In this document: one piece after another, positions 17,114 to 27,289 of the stretch
Position numbering within the stretch: the first letter of the stretch is position 1
How the letters are laid out: every line of letters starts with the position of its first letter
From: Minisyncoccota bacterium
GTDB lineage: Bacteria > Patescibacteriota > Minisyncoccia > Phycocordibacterales > Phycocordibacteraceae
Length of the DNA: 64,000 bases
Direction of reading: 5' to 3'
NCBI GenBank assembly: GCA_036399335.1
Contig: DASWNF010000014.1
Coordinates: forward strand, 108,033 to 172,032
The notes under the pieces: generated by a model
Database searches by the model: none
What the model was told of the DNA's origin: nothing
Seen by the model: only the letters and a program-made list of their open reading frames with translations
Position numbers and translations under genes: made by a program

Positions 17114-18340
17114 CTAGAGGTCGTAGAGCCAAAGCGCACCATTGTGCTTGTCGGTAAAAAGGAGGACGTCTTCGCCCGGGTCAGTCGTGAGGGCAATGGC
17201 GTCTATCGAGACGTCAGCGACTGCGCTCGGGTCGATAACGAGGGTCGCGAGGCGGTTGCCCATGTCGATTTCCCATATGCGGTCGGCGAACGTCACGGCT
17301 CCCTGGTACCAGAAGTCCGGCAGTCCGCGCGGCAGGCTCTTCGGCACGGCGCAGTACACGGAACCACTATCAGGTGCCCACGTACACTTCTCCGGTAAGG
17401 TAGCGACCGGAAGCGCCGTAGCCTGGCGCGTTGCCGTGTCGAAGACGGCAAGGCGAAGCGTGCCGCGGTCGATGTAGCTGTAGAGGACGAGGTTCCCCGC
17501 AGGGCTCGGAAGTATGGAGAGCCCGGCGAGCGGCCCTAGGATGCGGGTGAAGGCGCCGTTTGCGGTGCTGATGCGGAAGGCGTAGCCGCTCCGGAATACC
17601 GAAGCTTTCGTGTGCGCAAAGTAGTCGCCCTGGGTCGGGTGGACGATAATGGAGGAGAGGAGCGAGGTGAATAGCGTGCGGGCGTTCGTGCCGTCAGCGC
17701 GCGCGACCGAACCGACCGAACCGGCTGTGCCCGAAAGCATGGTAAAGAGCGTACTCGAGCCCACCGCCTGTGCCGCTGCCAGGTTTTGCTCGAGGAAGAA
17801 GCCCCCTTCCCCGCTCTCAGGGAGCACGTACGTTGCGACCTGCTCTGCGCCCGGCGTCCCGGCTGCGAAGCGCGCGTAGGCCATCGAGCCGCCAGGAAGC
17901 CATGAAACCCGTTGGACGCCCGGCAGGGTCTTGTTTGAAATGCGCACGAGGCTGCGTTCCTCTTTGAGGTAACGGTATATGTTGCCGCTCGCGCGGTCGA
18001 TGAAGCGGGCTTCCGTGTCGCGCACCTCGACCTCGACGAGGGCCGGCGTACCGGACGCCGTCTCGACGGTTTGGGTGGTCGTTGATATGCGCGGTATGGC
18101 AACCATGCCTTCGGCCACCGGCCGGTCCGTGATACGGATAAGGCGTGGTGCGAACTCGTCCCCTGCCCCGGAACTGATTTCAACAGGCCCCTCCTCGCTC
18201 ACGAGGCCGCTTCCCGTACCGCCGAACGGGTCGTCGGTTGCCGTAAGTTCACCCGAGTCGGCAAAGAGGAAGTATGCGCCGGCCACGAGCCCGAGGATGA
18301 CGATGATGCTCGCACTGATGATGAGTGTCCGTTTTCGCAT
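17114..18340 (-). CDS. membrane-anchored hypothetical protein, last gene of the T4SS-like operon
   Basis: Internal Met start gives an N-terminal TM helix (TLIISASIIVILGLVAGAYFLF); its start overlaps the stop of the upstream gene. Confidence 0.5.
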   Translation of the reverse strand: MRKRTLIISASIIVILGLVAGAYFLFADSGELTATDDPFGGTGSGLVSEEGPVEISSGAGDEFAPRLIRITDRPVAEGMVAIPRISTTTQTVETASGTPALVEVEVRDTEARFIDRASGNIYRYLKEERSLVRISNKTLPGVQRVSWLPGGSMAYARFAAGTPGAEQVATYVLPESGEGGFFLEQNLAAAQAVGSSTLFTMLSGTAGSVGSVARADGTNARTLFTSLLSSIIVHPTQGDYFAHTKASVFRSGYAFRISTANGAFTRILGPLAGLSILPSPAGNLVLYSYIDRGTLRLAVFDTATRQATALPVATLPEKCTWAPDSGSVYCAVPKSLPRGLPDFWYQGAVTFADRIWEIDMGNRLATLVIDPSAVADVSIDAIALTTDPGEDVLLFTDKHNGALWLYDL

Positions 18341-18342
18341 GC

Positions 18343-19359
18343 TTATGGCTCGCAACGCATGGTACCTGCGTAACACCTTGGAAGTGCGACTCCCACCGCG
18401 TCCCCGGGACAAAGGCTCGGATTTGCTGCTGCCCGTACCTTCCACGTGCCGCCGTCCGCGGTGCATGACTTCTGGAAGGCGAGGTAGCGCTCCTTGTCGC
18501 TTTCTCGGGGACCGTAGGTGCCAGTGTTCCCGGTCTTTTCAAGAGCGACGCTTGCCGTAAGTCCGCAATAGGCCGTGTATGCGGAACATCCGTCAGCATC
18601 GCAATCCCCCTTCCCTTTCGTGGTACAGGTTGTCGTGCACCCCTTACTCGTAGCGATGCCCTCATTCACCATAACCTTTGCCGTACATTGTGTGAGGAAG
18701 GTATCCAGCCCTGCCTTCGTGGGGAATACGCCCTTTTTAAGGGTCGTGCCGGTAACGGATCCGCTACCGAGCGATGTAATCGCATCCTGGCCACGTTTCT
18801 GCTCCGGTGTCTGCGGGATATCCGTAAGCGTGCGGCTTAATGACGAAAGGTCGAGCTTCAATTTCAGTATGTCAGGGTTTATGATGCCGAAAACGATAGC
18901 CGGGGAGAGCACCAGGAGAAGTCCGAGGAGTGAGCTTGAGATGAGGTGCTTCGCTTGTTCGTTATGCCCCACGCTGCCTTTATGGAACATGAAATATGCA
19001 CCCGCACGCATGATTTGGAGGACGGCAATGCCGGCTGCAATACCGATACAAAGGCGGTACAGGTAATTGAGGAAGTCGGGCAGAGTGTCTGGCTTTGACG
19101 CATCTTCAATGCCGGGAAGGTTCGTAAGCGGTACGAACTTATAATCGTCGCCCGTTGCCGCTGCGCCCGTTGCCGGGGTTTCGTCAGTTGCGGGCGGAGC
19201 CGCAGGATCGGCCGCCGGTTTTGGCGTTTCGTCAGTTGCAGGCGTCGCAGCTGCCGGTGCTTCCGTGGTAGGCTGCGCCTTCGTACCCTGGGCATGCAGT
19301 ACAAGCGGCATGCCGGCAACGAGAGCCGAGAGGATGAAGATAATGAGGTGCGTACGCAT
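18343..19359 (-). CDS. secreted/membrane protein with signal peptide, Pro/Thr-rich linker, two hydrophobic helices and a Cys-rich C-terminal domain (possible T4SS pilin-like component)
   Basis: Start at the internal Met MRTHLIIFILSALVAG (signal peptide); begins 2 nt after the stop of the upstream gene. Confidence 0.45.
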   Translation of the reverse strand: MRTHLIIFILSALVAGMPLVLHAQGTKAQPTTEAPAAATPATDETPKPAADPAAPPATDETPATGAAATGDDYKFVPLTNLPGIEDASKPDTLPDFLNYLYRLCIGIAAGIAVLQIMRAGAYFMFHKGSVGHNEQAKHLISSSLLGLLLVLSPAIVFGIINPDILKLKLDLSSLSRTLTDIPQTPEQKRGQDAITSLGSGSVTGTTLKKGVFPTKAGLDTFLTQCTAKVMVNEGIATSKGCTTTCTTKGKGDCDADGCSAYTAYCGLTASVALEKTGNTGTYGPRESDKERYLAFQKSCTADGGTWKVRAAANPSLCPGDAVGVALPRCYAGTMRCEP

Positions 19360-19363
19360 ATGG

Positions 19364-20350
19364 TTATAGGCCAAAGAAGCCGAGTGAGCTCTCGCCCTTG
19401 AACGTAATAGTAAGCCGCTGGCTCGCACTTTGTCCCGTATCGGGAACCTCGGCAAGTACTTGTACGAGTGCCGTCCCGCCCCTCGACCCCGAGGAGCGTA
19501 GAGTGATGTCCTGGTCATTGTCGCTTGCATCATCCCCCACGCTCCATGTGAGGAGTGGCCGGTCGGGGAAGAAGTACGGCACGGCACGGAAAGTTTCCTC
19601 CGTACCGACGAGTGCCGTATTTGCGGGGAGCGCCGTGCCGTACAGGGGGCCGAGTAGCGGGTCGTTGCGGTATACCCGGACGAACGGGTCGCTCGGCGCG
19701 ACAACGGTTGCCGCCTCAGCTACCACGGAACGGTCTTGGCTCGTCACCGTCACCGATATGCGCGCGTCGCGGTGCCTCACTGGGGCACTTGCCGAAAGTA
19801 CGGACTTCCCTATCCCGGATGCGCCCTGGAGGATCTGGTCGCCGTTCCGCCAGGTGTAGACCAAGCTTGCCGCAGGTATGGGCGCCCCTGAAGACGTGCG
19901 AAGGTCGGGGATGGCAACGAGACGGACGGCGCCTTCGGACGAGGTGAGCGCTCCTCCCTCATAGAAAGGATGCACCGTCGAATATGGCTCGACGACGAGT
20001 GCCACGTCCGCCGGGCGAATCGTCAGGCTCTTGGTGAAACTTTGGGCACCGGATGTCGCGCGTATGGTAATCGTGGTCACGGTGCCCGGGCCCCCGACGG
20101 TTACGTATGCGGGCTCCGCCCCGCTGCCTTCGGATACGACCGAGCCGTTTACGAGCACGGTCACTTTACTGGCGGAAAGGTCTATATACGTACTTTCCGG
20201 GATGATGGTCACGGTTTCATACGGCCGTGGGTACGACGGCATGATGGTTGCTGTAATCGGTTCGGTCCCAAGCATCTGCTGGGCCTGTGAGGCCGAGACT
20301 ATGCCGAAGCCTGCAGCGATAAGGAGCAGGGTCGCGAATGCACGCTTCAT
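19364..20350 (-). CDS. secreted hypothetical protein (328 aa)
   Basis: Signal peptide MKRAFATLLLIAAGFGIVSASQA; beta-rich composition. Confidence 0.55.
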   Translation of the reverse strand: MKRAFATLLLIAAGFGIVSASQAQQMLGTEPITATIMPSYPRPYETVTIIPESTYIDLSASKVTVLVNGSVVSEGSGAEPAYVTVGGPGTVTTITIRATSGAQSFTKSLTIRPADVALVVEPYSTVHPFYEGGALTSSEGAVRLVAIPDLRTSSGAPIPAASLVYTWRNGDQILQGASGIGKSVLSASAPVRHRDARISVTVTSQDRSVVAEAATVVAPSDPFVRVYRNDPLLGPLYGTALPANTALVGTEETFRAVPYFFPDRPLLTWSVGDDASDNDQDITLRSSGSRGGTALVQVLAEVPDTGQSASQRLTITFKGESSLGFFGL

Positions 20351-20404
20351 GCATACAGTATACCTGAGCGGCCCCGCAGCCGTTGCACCCTGCGGCGGAT
20401 AAGT

Positions 20405-21046
20405 TTACACGGCCTCGAGTTCGTCGGCCCGTTCGCGCCGCGCCGCGCCGTCCTTTGCGGTCGTAGGTACGCCCGGCCCGGGGGCTCTTGGCATGGGTGT
20501 CTTGGGGGCGTAGGAGTCGACCTTCGTCCAATCCTGGCGAGGGCGCGCTATAGGACGAGGCTCCGGTAGTGCGGCCCTCGATCCCTGTGGCTCCTCGGCT
20601 TCTCGTGCTTCTGGCATGCCTGCGGGTACGCGGCCGGATATCCTGGTCGGGAACATGCGGGTTTTTGCGGCCGCCTTTTCCTTAACCTCCTTTCTTTCTT
20701 TGGCTTTTTCGCGATCCTCCATACGCGTGCCTATGATCACGAGCGCGACTCCGAGCGTAAGCGCAGGAAGCGCGTTTACGATAGGGACGAGTTCCAATAC
20801 CGTACCGGTCATAATGCCCAGTACCTTGAGCCCCGCCTTCTTCCCCGTGAAGTAGTTGACCCCATCACAGAAGATGAACAGCCAAAGGGAGGCTATGAAT
20901 ATACCGATGAAGGTTACGCCTAAATTAATGACCTGTCCCAGGACAGGGATGAGGTTGATGAGGAACTGGACGCCGTCGAGAAAAAGTTCGACGGTAAGAA
21001 GGCTTATGGCTGAGGCGGTCCCTACGCGATACGTAACCTTATCCAT
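20405..21046 (-). CDS. polytopic membrane protein with Pro-rich C-terminal tail (T4SS-associated, unclassified)
   Basis: Four predicted TM helices; stop/start adjacent to the VirB4 C-terminal gene. Confidence 0.5.
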   Translation of the reverse strand: MDKVTYRVGTASAISLLTVELFLDGVQFLINLIPVLGQVINLGVTFIGIFIASLWLFIFCDGVNYFTGKKAGLKVLGIMTGTVLELVPIVNALPALTLGVALVIIGTRMEDREKAKERKEVKEKAAAKTRMFPTRISGRVPAGMPEAREAEEPQGSRAALPEPRPIARPRQDWTKVDSYAPKTPMPRAPGPGVPTTAKDGAARRERADELEAV

Positions 21047-21048
21047 GG

Positions 21049-22860
21049 CTACTCACTCCCATGCCGGTCTTTCTCGCGCTTGATGGCGAGGAGTTGCGAG
21101 GGGTCAGACGTAATGATCTGGTCTTCCGTGTATGAGGCGACGATTTTAATGGCGACATGCTTCATGCCGGCAAAGAATAGCCCCTCACCGACGTTTGATT
21201 CGAGAAGCAGGAACTTCTCTTCCTCGGTAAGGTTAAAGGTCTCTTGGAGCGTATCGATGACTGTTGGTGACTGCTTGAGCAGGAGCTGTATGGAGGAGTT
21301 GCTGAGGATAGGGCGACCGTACGGCGAACGGAGGAAGTCTTCCACGTCTTGGGTGATGGTGGCGAGCCCGAGGTAGTACTTACGTCCGCGCTTCGCAAGG
21401 CTGTAGAGGAAGGAGGCCGTGTCCTCCGACTTCATCATCCACCACGCCTCGTCGATGATAAGCAGGCGCTTCTTAAGCTCCTGGCGGACGGAGTTCCAGA
21501 TGTAGTGGGTAATGATGTACATCGCCACGGGCTTGAGCTCGTCTTCCATATCGCGCACCGAGAAAACGATGAACTGCTTCTTGATATCGATATTAGTCGG
21601 CTGGTTCAGGAAGCCCGACCAGGTACCGCGAGTGTATTTCGAGAGGCGGGTCACGAGCGATTCGCTGCCTTCCATGCCCGAGAGCACGCTTTCAAAGTCG
21701 GAAAGGAGCGGCGGCTCCATGCCGGTAAAGTCGGCATCGCCGGTAATGTCCTTGAGCGCATAGGTTTCGGTAATCGCGCGGTCGATGATGGCATCCTCTT
21801 CGGGGCTCAGCCCACCCAGCATGATGCGGAAAAGGCCGACGAGGTTAATGATGTTATTCCGCAGGATATCTGTCGGCTCTTCGTCTTCGCGCACGGGAGG
21901 GAGGTCGAACGGGTTGATGTGGTGCTCGCTCGAAAGCGAAATGTTGAACATGCGTCCGCCCGTTGCCTGGGCAAGGTACTCATACTCGCGCTCAGGGTCG
22001 ATGACGATGACCTCGGTGTCGAACATGAGCGAGCGCAAGATCTCGAGCTTCACGGCATAGGACTTCCCCGAACCCGACTTCGCAAAGACGACCGAGTTGT
22101 AGTTTTCGAGGGAGAACCGGTCAAACAGGATGAGCGACGAGTTGTGGCGGTTAATGCCGTAGAGGATGCCGCGGTCGCTCGAAAGGTCGAAGGAGACGAA
22201 GGGGAATATCGAAGAAAGCGGTGAAGAGTTCAGTTTTGAGTGGACGTTTAGCTCGTCGATGGCGAGCGGCAGGGTCGAGCGGAAACCCTGCTCCTGTTCA
22301 AAGAGCGCCGGCTTGGTATACACCAGCTTGGAGTCGAGGATACCGCGCACTTCGCCCTCGACCTTGTCGAGTTCTTCCTTCGTGCTCTCATAGAGGGTGA
22401 TATACAGGCCAACCTCGAAGAGGCGTTCCTGCGCCTGCTGCAGCGTGTCGCGCAAGTTCTCGAGGTCCTGGTACGCCGTGTCGAGCATCGGGTCGCGCAC
22501 GAGGCCTTTTTGTTCGCGCTCCATGATCTGGCTCTCGACTTCAGCGACCTTCTTCTGGAAATTGCGCAGCATGAGGCCGGTCTCAAGCGGATGGATGAAG
22601 ATGCCCACGTCGAAGACCTTGTCGAGGTTGATGATCGGCGTGAACCAGCCGTCGTTGAGGAAGCGAGGGTATGAAATGGTGTAGAACGAGCGGGCAATCT
22701 TCTCCCCGAGCTCGAGCTCGCGCGAAGCAACCTTGAGGGCGGCCGGGGCAATGGTATCGGCAAGGTCGAGCTTCCCTTCCGCATAGATGTCCTTCGGCAG
22801 GACCGGGGTAATTTTCACCTCGTCCTCCTTATTCCGGTTGAAAAAATCGAGTAGGGCCAT
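21049..22860 (-). CDS. VirB4/TrbE-family conjugal transfer ATPase, C-terminal ATPase part
   Basis: Walker A FAKSGSGKSY; Walker B LLIIDEAWWM; VirB4/CagE-like motifs; start MALLDFF lies 1 nt after the stop of the upstream N-terminal part. Confidence 0.8.
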   Translation of the reverse strand: MALLDFFNRNKEDEVKITPVLPKDIYAEGKLDLADTIAPAALKVASRELELGEKIARSFYTISYPRFLNDGWFTPIINLDKVFDVGIFIHPLETGLMLRNFQKKVAEVESQIMEREQKGLVRDPMLDTAYQDLENLRDTLQQAQERLFEVGLYITLYESTKEELDKVEGEVRGILDSKLVYTKPALFEQEQGFRSTLPLAIDELNVHSKLNSSPLSSIFPFVSFDLSSDRGILYGINRHNSSLILFDRFSLENYNSVVFAKSGSGKSYAVKLEILRSLMFDTEVIVIDPEREYEYLAQATGGRMFNISLSSEHHINPFDLPPVREDEEPTDILRNNIINLVGLFRIMLGGLSPEEDAIIDRAITETYALKDITGDADFTGMEPPLLSDFESVLSGMEGSESLVTRLSKYTRGTWSGFLNQPTNIDIKKQFIVFSVRDMEDELKPVAMYIITHYIWNSVRQELKKRLLIIDEAWWMMKSEDTASFLYSLAKRGRKYYLGLATITQDVEDFLRSPYGRPILSNSSIQLLLKQSPTVIDTLQETFNLTEEEKFLLLESNVGEGLFFAGMKHVAIKIVASYTEDQIITSDPSQLLAIKREKDRHGSE

Positions 22861-22861
22861 G

Positions 22862-23491
22862 TTATGCGAAATGAATAGGGTTTTCCATATCCCCCACGTT
22901 AAAGGAACGGTACAGGAGCTCAATAATCTCCTCGGTCCCGAGCGGCGCGGCGCGCACGCCCGCTGAGGCGAGCCCGTTCATGACCAATGACATGCGCTGC
23001 TCAAGCTGCACGCGGCTTTCTTCGAAGGAAGTGTCCTCGTTTGATTCACCCTTATCCTTTTTCCCGCTGAGGAAGGACAATCCGCTCGAGACCGATACCC
23101 CGCTCCCGCCCTCGTACGGGACGACGGCATAAAAGGTTTTCGTCATGATGTCCGCACCCTCGATGAAGTTGCGGATGAAGTTCGAGTACTCGCGCAGCTG
23201 CACGCGCATGAGTTCGCTTCCCTGGAGCGGCATACGCTCTTCGAGCAGGTTCAAGTACGGACGGATATCGGTTTTGCGTGAGTGGACGACAATCTGTACG
23301 GAGAAGTCGATGGTATTCAGGAACGTCTGGAAGCCGCCGATGATGGCGCGCTGCTCGTCTCCCGACTTGAGCGCGAAGTTGACCGACGAGCACATAAGGA
23401 TGCCGCGGTACCCGCCGCTCTTCAAAATGACGACGCCGCTGCGCACTTCTTCGACTGGCACGAATGACTGTGAAGCTTGGGAAGAAGGCAT
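22862..23491 (-). CDS. VirB4-family N-terminal domain protein (split VirB4, N-terminal part)
   Basis: ~209 aa resembling the N-terminal domain of TrbE/VirB4 (VILKSGGYRGILMCSSVNFALKS); TAA-C-ATG junction with the ATPase part. Confidence 0.6.
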   Translation of the reverse strand: MPSSQASQSFVPVEEVRSGVVILKSGGYRGILMCSSVNFALKSGDEQRAIIGGFQTFLNTIDFSVQIVVHSRKTDIRPYLNLLEERMPLQGSELMRVQLREYSNFIRNFIEGADIMTKTFYAVVPYEGGSGVSVSSGLSFLSGKKDKGESNEDTSFEESRVQLEQRMSLVMNGLASAGVRAAPLGTEEIIELLYRSFNVGDMENPIHFA

Positions 23492-23492
23492 A

Positions 23493-23903
23493 TTACGTGG
23501 TTGGGGCACCTGGGTTCTGGTCCTTAATATCAAGCGACCAGGCGAGCTCCTTCAGCTTTCCTTGGGTAAGTACGAGCTTTTCCCGCACCGGGGCTACGGG
23601 CGCCGCTACAGGCGCTGCCTCATGCTCCTGCTTCTTCCAGAGGTAGAGGCGGTCTTTTGTGTAGAAGGTAATGGCCGCCTCGATGATGTCGACGAAGCTC
23701 TTGTTGTTGATTTTATAAAAAGCGAGCGCTCCTGAGAATGCGGCCACGGGCAGCGCGAGCACGATGCCGACCATGAGCGGCAAGGAAAGCACGAGTATGG
23801 CGCACAAGCCGATGCCGCCGGCAAGATAGATGAATTGTTTGAGTGAAAGAGGACCGAATATCTTGTCCTCAACTTCAATGAACTGCGGCACCTGGTACTC
23901 CAT
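23493..23903 (-). CDS. PrgI/VirB3-like small membrane protein
   Basis: 136 aa with two TM helices, sitting directly upstream of VirB4 as in Gram-positive T4SS. Confidence 0.5.
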   Translation of the reverse strand: MEYQVPQFIEVEDKIFGPLSLKQFIYLAGGIGLCAILVLSLPLMVGIVLALPVAAFSGALAFYKINNKSFVDIIEAAITFYTKDRLYLWKKQEHEAAPVAAPVAPVREKLVLTQGKLKELAWSLDIKDQNPGAPTT

Positions 23904-23934
23904 AAACAGTAGTATACCGCACGCCTACCGACCC

Positions 23935-24810
23935 TTACTCGATGGCTTCGCGGTAGGGGTCGCTTCCGTACTCTTTCGTAATGGGCGTGTTCTCATACGT
24001 CCGGTCGATCGGCGTCAGGCGTACGGGCGCGAGCGCGGGAGGCGCATATGCAGACTCCGGATATGTCGGTGCGGGCTGGGACTGGGGCGCCGGTGGAGGC
24101 GGAGGTGCGTAGGTAACGGGCACCGACGCCGTCTGGAACGAGCGCGCAGGGCTTGCTGCCTGGCCTTCGAGGCCTTGGGAGGCGAGCTGCATGTCCCCGG
24201 CCATGGTACGCGCATGGGGATAGGTAGGAACCGGTACGTTCATATATATAGGAGCGCTCGCCGGTGCAGGCGTATATACCGGTACCGGCGGTGTCGGTAG
24301 AGGTGCGGGAGCCGGTGTCGGTGCGGCTACCGGCGGCGGCATGGGCTGATGTGGCCGTTGAGGTACCGGTTCCGCGGGCGTGCTCGCGGCAGGAGGTTTA
24401 GGTGGCTCCATACCCTCTCCCACCGCCATAGGTGGTACGGCAGGGCTTGGCCGACGCGGCGGCTCGGGCGTCGCAGGCCCGACGCGCTCCTCATCACGGA
24501 GCTTCTTGAACACCTGATCGTTTACGTCGGCCGTAAGGCTCCTAATGGTCGCGTCGTCAATGCCCCCCTCGCGGAGCGCACCCACGAATTCGTCGGGCGA
24601 GTATACGCCAAGCAGCATGAATATGTATGCGCGCTCGAAGGCCCCGGCGGCGTCAGCATGAAGGCTATGTTTCTGCGACAAACGCAACGAAACCGCATCG
24701 CGTTCCGGACTGCGCAAGAAATTCTGTATCGCAGGCGGAAGCTCCTCCATGAGGAGCTCGACTTGGTCACTGATACTTGTCGTTGAGACGTCGATCTCTT
24801 CTTCGGGCAT
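23935..24810 (-). CDS. proline-rich hypothetical protein (291 aa)
   Basis: Long PxP/PPPP low-complexity tracts; member of the T4SS-like operon. Confidence 0.5.
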   Translation of the reverse strand: MPEEEIDVSTTSISDQVELLMEELPPAIQNFLRSPERDAVSLRLSQKHSLHADAAGAFERAYIFMLLGVYSPDEFVGALREGGIDDATIRSLTADVNDQVFKKLRDEERVGPATPEPPRRPSPAVPPMAVGEGMEPPKPPAASTPAEPVPQRPHQPMPPPVAAPTPAPAPLPTPPVPVYTPAPASAPIYMNVPVPTYPHARTMAGDMQLASQGLEGQAASPARSFQTASVPVTYAPPPPPAPQSQPAPTYPESAYAPPALAPVRLTPIDRTYENTPITKEYGSDPYREAIE

Positions 24811-24837
24811 AGTTTCATATTACACGAGGGTGACTAC

Positions 24838-27285
24838 TTAGTGGTCGGCTTTGTCATGGCCGTGGTCGTCACCGTGGTCGTCACCGTGCCCGTCTTCCTT
24901 GTCGGCTGCCTTTGTCGCGCGTTCGGCGTGCTCTTTTATCTCATGCGTATCCTTGCCTGACTTCGCTATCTCACCCTTAAGTTCGTCGAAGAGCTTCTCG
25001 GACTTCGATTTCTTCATCTCTTTCTTGATCGCTTCATACGCATGGTGGCGCGCACGACCCTTGGCGGTGATAGAGGTTCCACTCGACTCATGCAAATCGT
25101 TAGCGTACCGGGTCATTGGCGCTTTCTTCGCCTTCTCTATGTTCGCTTCAGCATCCTTTATGTCCTTATCGAAGTCCTTCATCGCCTGGTCGTGGTCTTT
25201 CTGCCGGTCGGCGATCGCTTCCTGCCTATTCCGTATGTCATCGCGTTCTTTCGTCGCTGTGGCGCGGTGCACCTCAAGGAGGGCGTTAAGGGCCTCTTGT
25301 TCGCGCTCTACTGCGGCCCTCCGGGCCGCTTGAATTTCCGGCTTGTCGTCATCAGCCTCTGCCGCCGCATTCGCAGCCGCGTTCAACTGCGCCATTTGGG
25401 CTTCACGCTGCGCCGCGCGCGTCTTCTCGATTTCCGCATACTCGTCCTTGAGCTTGTTCGCCGCCTTCTCCATGGTTCGCTTCTCGTCTGCCCAAGTCTT
25501 TTGTGCTGTTTCTTTCTTGGTGCCAATTGTTTCCTTTTTCTGCTCGTAGTGAGTTTGGATGGCTTTGTCGTCATCAGTCTGCTTGAGCGACTTCGCGTAC
25601 TTCACGCGAGCTTCTTCGCCGTGATGGACCAGGTCTGCATACCCGCCCTTATGGGCCTTACCAAGATCTCCCACCTGCTTACCGAGCGTTCCACCGAGTG
25701 CGGTAGCACGGAAGTCGAAACTCGCCTTACCGCCGTAATCAGCGATGCTGGCCATACGGTAACCCATCTCAGTGTGCCCCCAGTCTGTTGCGCGGATGCG
25801 CTCGCTTGCCTTCGAGGCGGCCCGGCCGACGGTCCTCCGTCCCATGAAGCCCATGGCGCCTATGCTGGTTTTTCCTGCAGTCGCTATCGCAAACGACGCC
25901 CCGGCCGCACCGAATTTTCGTGCAGCCGCTAGTGAGGCCAGGAGGAAGCCGATGACGAGCGCGTATATGAGAATGACGCCCATCATGCCGGTCTTGCCCG
26001 TCGTGAGTGCCTGCATTAAGGAGCCTCGGGTGCCCATGCCTGCAAGCCCGTCGGTAATTTTAAGGCTGATGAGCATGAGGAGGAGCATCACCGGAGCGAA
26101 GAACGACTGGTTGATGAGGTTATGCCACCACTGCTCGCCAATCTTCCGGAGTGGCGGTATTGCCATACCGGCAAAGCCTATAGGTGCGGTGACCATAAGG
26201 AAGGTAAGGGTCACTGCGCGGATGATGAGCATGATAGACGCGCCGAAAAGTACGCCAGCGGCAATAAACGCTAGGATGGTAGTCGCGAGGAGTGACGTCG
26301 TGCTTATGTCGAATATGCTTTCGTCATTCCTGAATAGGGAAGAAATTCCCGTACTCTCCATAATGTGGGCGGAAATTCCATAGTTAATGGCGCATCCTTG
26401 CTCACTCTTCCCGTCCTCAGAAATACCACCGATCTCGCTCCCGGCATTAACGTCGTCCGAAAAACACGGGTCAGTATTCGCCTGGTTGTATACGACGGAG
26501 CTTAGGCCGTTCGCCGTGTCGATTACCGCCTCTGCGGCAAACAGGCTGAAGTTCATGAGTACGGCAAAGATAATGAGGAAAGGAAGCGTCTTCTTTGCCG
26601 GGTACGAGTGGAGGTCGAGGATGGTCGAGATCCCGATGAATATGAAGCCGAAGAGGAGGAGCATGTTCCCGATGTCCCGGAGGATCGTCCATGCGGCAAG
26701 GAGCCCCTCGGAGTTCCCGATAAGCGTGGAGAACTGGAAGACGGTCTTCAAGATGACCCAGTTAAAGAGGATGCCGGAAATACCCAGTAGGAAGGTCGCA
26801 AACGTAAGCGCAATGCCGGCCATGCCGCGCGCAAGACAGTTCGGCCAACTCGATGGGTCTGTTGCCGAACAACCGTCTCCCTCCGGTGGTGCTCCTTGCG
26901 CGGTGGAAGTAATAGTCATCTCGCCGGTCACTGAGTCATCCGCTACCTTAACGACGGCACCGCCCGTCGGAATTTCCGTGCTCGACGCACCTACGGGAGT
27001 CCCGGCAGCGTCCTTCACGGCGCATGAAGTTGATGGCGCCATGTCCGGCAAGGGAGAAGGTGAGGATACGCACGTTTCCGTATTTCCATTCGCCTCCTTA
27101 CACTCTACAGTCGTGGCTCCGGATAATGCGCTTGTCGTACTTACGCATTGCCGTCCCTTGTCGTCCGTAAAACGTGTTTGGGCATTACTGATATAAGGCA
27201 CGAGTACGAAAAAGACGGCAATTAAGGCAACCCAAAGCGTGCTTTTCGTTACACTGCTCCTAGGTAGGGTGAGGAATCTAGGCAT
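24838..27285 (-). CDS. large polytopic membrane protein, VirB6/TrbL-like, with C-terminal charged coiled-coil and HGDDHGDDHGHD tail
   Basis: ~815 aa from the internal Met MPRFLTLP; signal/TM, then at least 6 TM helices, then a K/E/D-rich coiled coil; position typical of VirB6 in PrgI-VirB4 clusters. Confidence 0.55.
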   Translation of the reverse strand: MPRFLTLPRSSVTKSTLWVALIAVFFVLVPYISNAQTRFTDDKGRQCVSTTSALSGATTVECKEANGNTETCVSSPSPLPDMAPSTSCAVKDAAGTPVGASSTEIPTGGAVVKVADDSVTGEMTITSTAQGAPPEGDGCSATDPSSWPNCLARGMAGIALTFATFLLGISGILFNWVILKTVFQFSTLIGNSEGLLAAWTILRDIGNMLLLFGFIFIGISTILDLHSYPAKKTLPFLIIFAVLMNFSLFAAEAVIDTANGLSSVVYNQANTDPCFSDDVNAGSEIGGISEDGKSEQGCAINYGISAHIMESTGISSLFRNDESIFDISTTSLLATTILAFIAAGVLFGASIMLIIRAVTLTFLMVTAPIGFAGMAIPPLRKIGEQWWHNLINQSFFAPVMLLLMLISLKITDGLAGMGTRGSLMQALTTGKTGMMGVILIYALVIGFLLASLAAARKFGAAGASFAIATAGKTSIGAMGFMGRRTVGRAASKASERIRATDWGHTEMGYRMASIADYGGKASFDFRATALGGTLGKQVGDLGKAHKGGYADLVHHGEEARVKYAKSLKQTDDDKAIQTHYEQKKETIGTKKETAQKTWADEKRTMEKAANKLKDEYAEIEKTRAAQREAQMAQLNAAANAAAEADDDKPEIQAARRAAVEREQEALNALLEVHRATATKERDDIRNRQEAIADRQKDHDQAMKDFDKDIKDAEANIEKAKKAPMTRYANDLHESSGTSITAKGRARHHAYEAIKKEMKKSKSEKLFDELKGEIAKSGKDTHEIKEHAERATKAADKEDGHGDDHGDDHGHDKADH

Positions 27286-27289
27286 GTGT

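Noticed and set aside
24851-27196. Long plus-strand ORFs antisense to the VirB6-like gene
   Set aside because: Low-complexity shadow frames; the minus-strand gene has TM topology and operon coupling.
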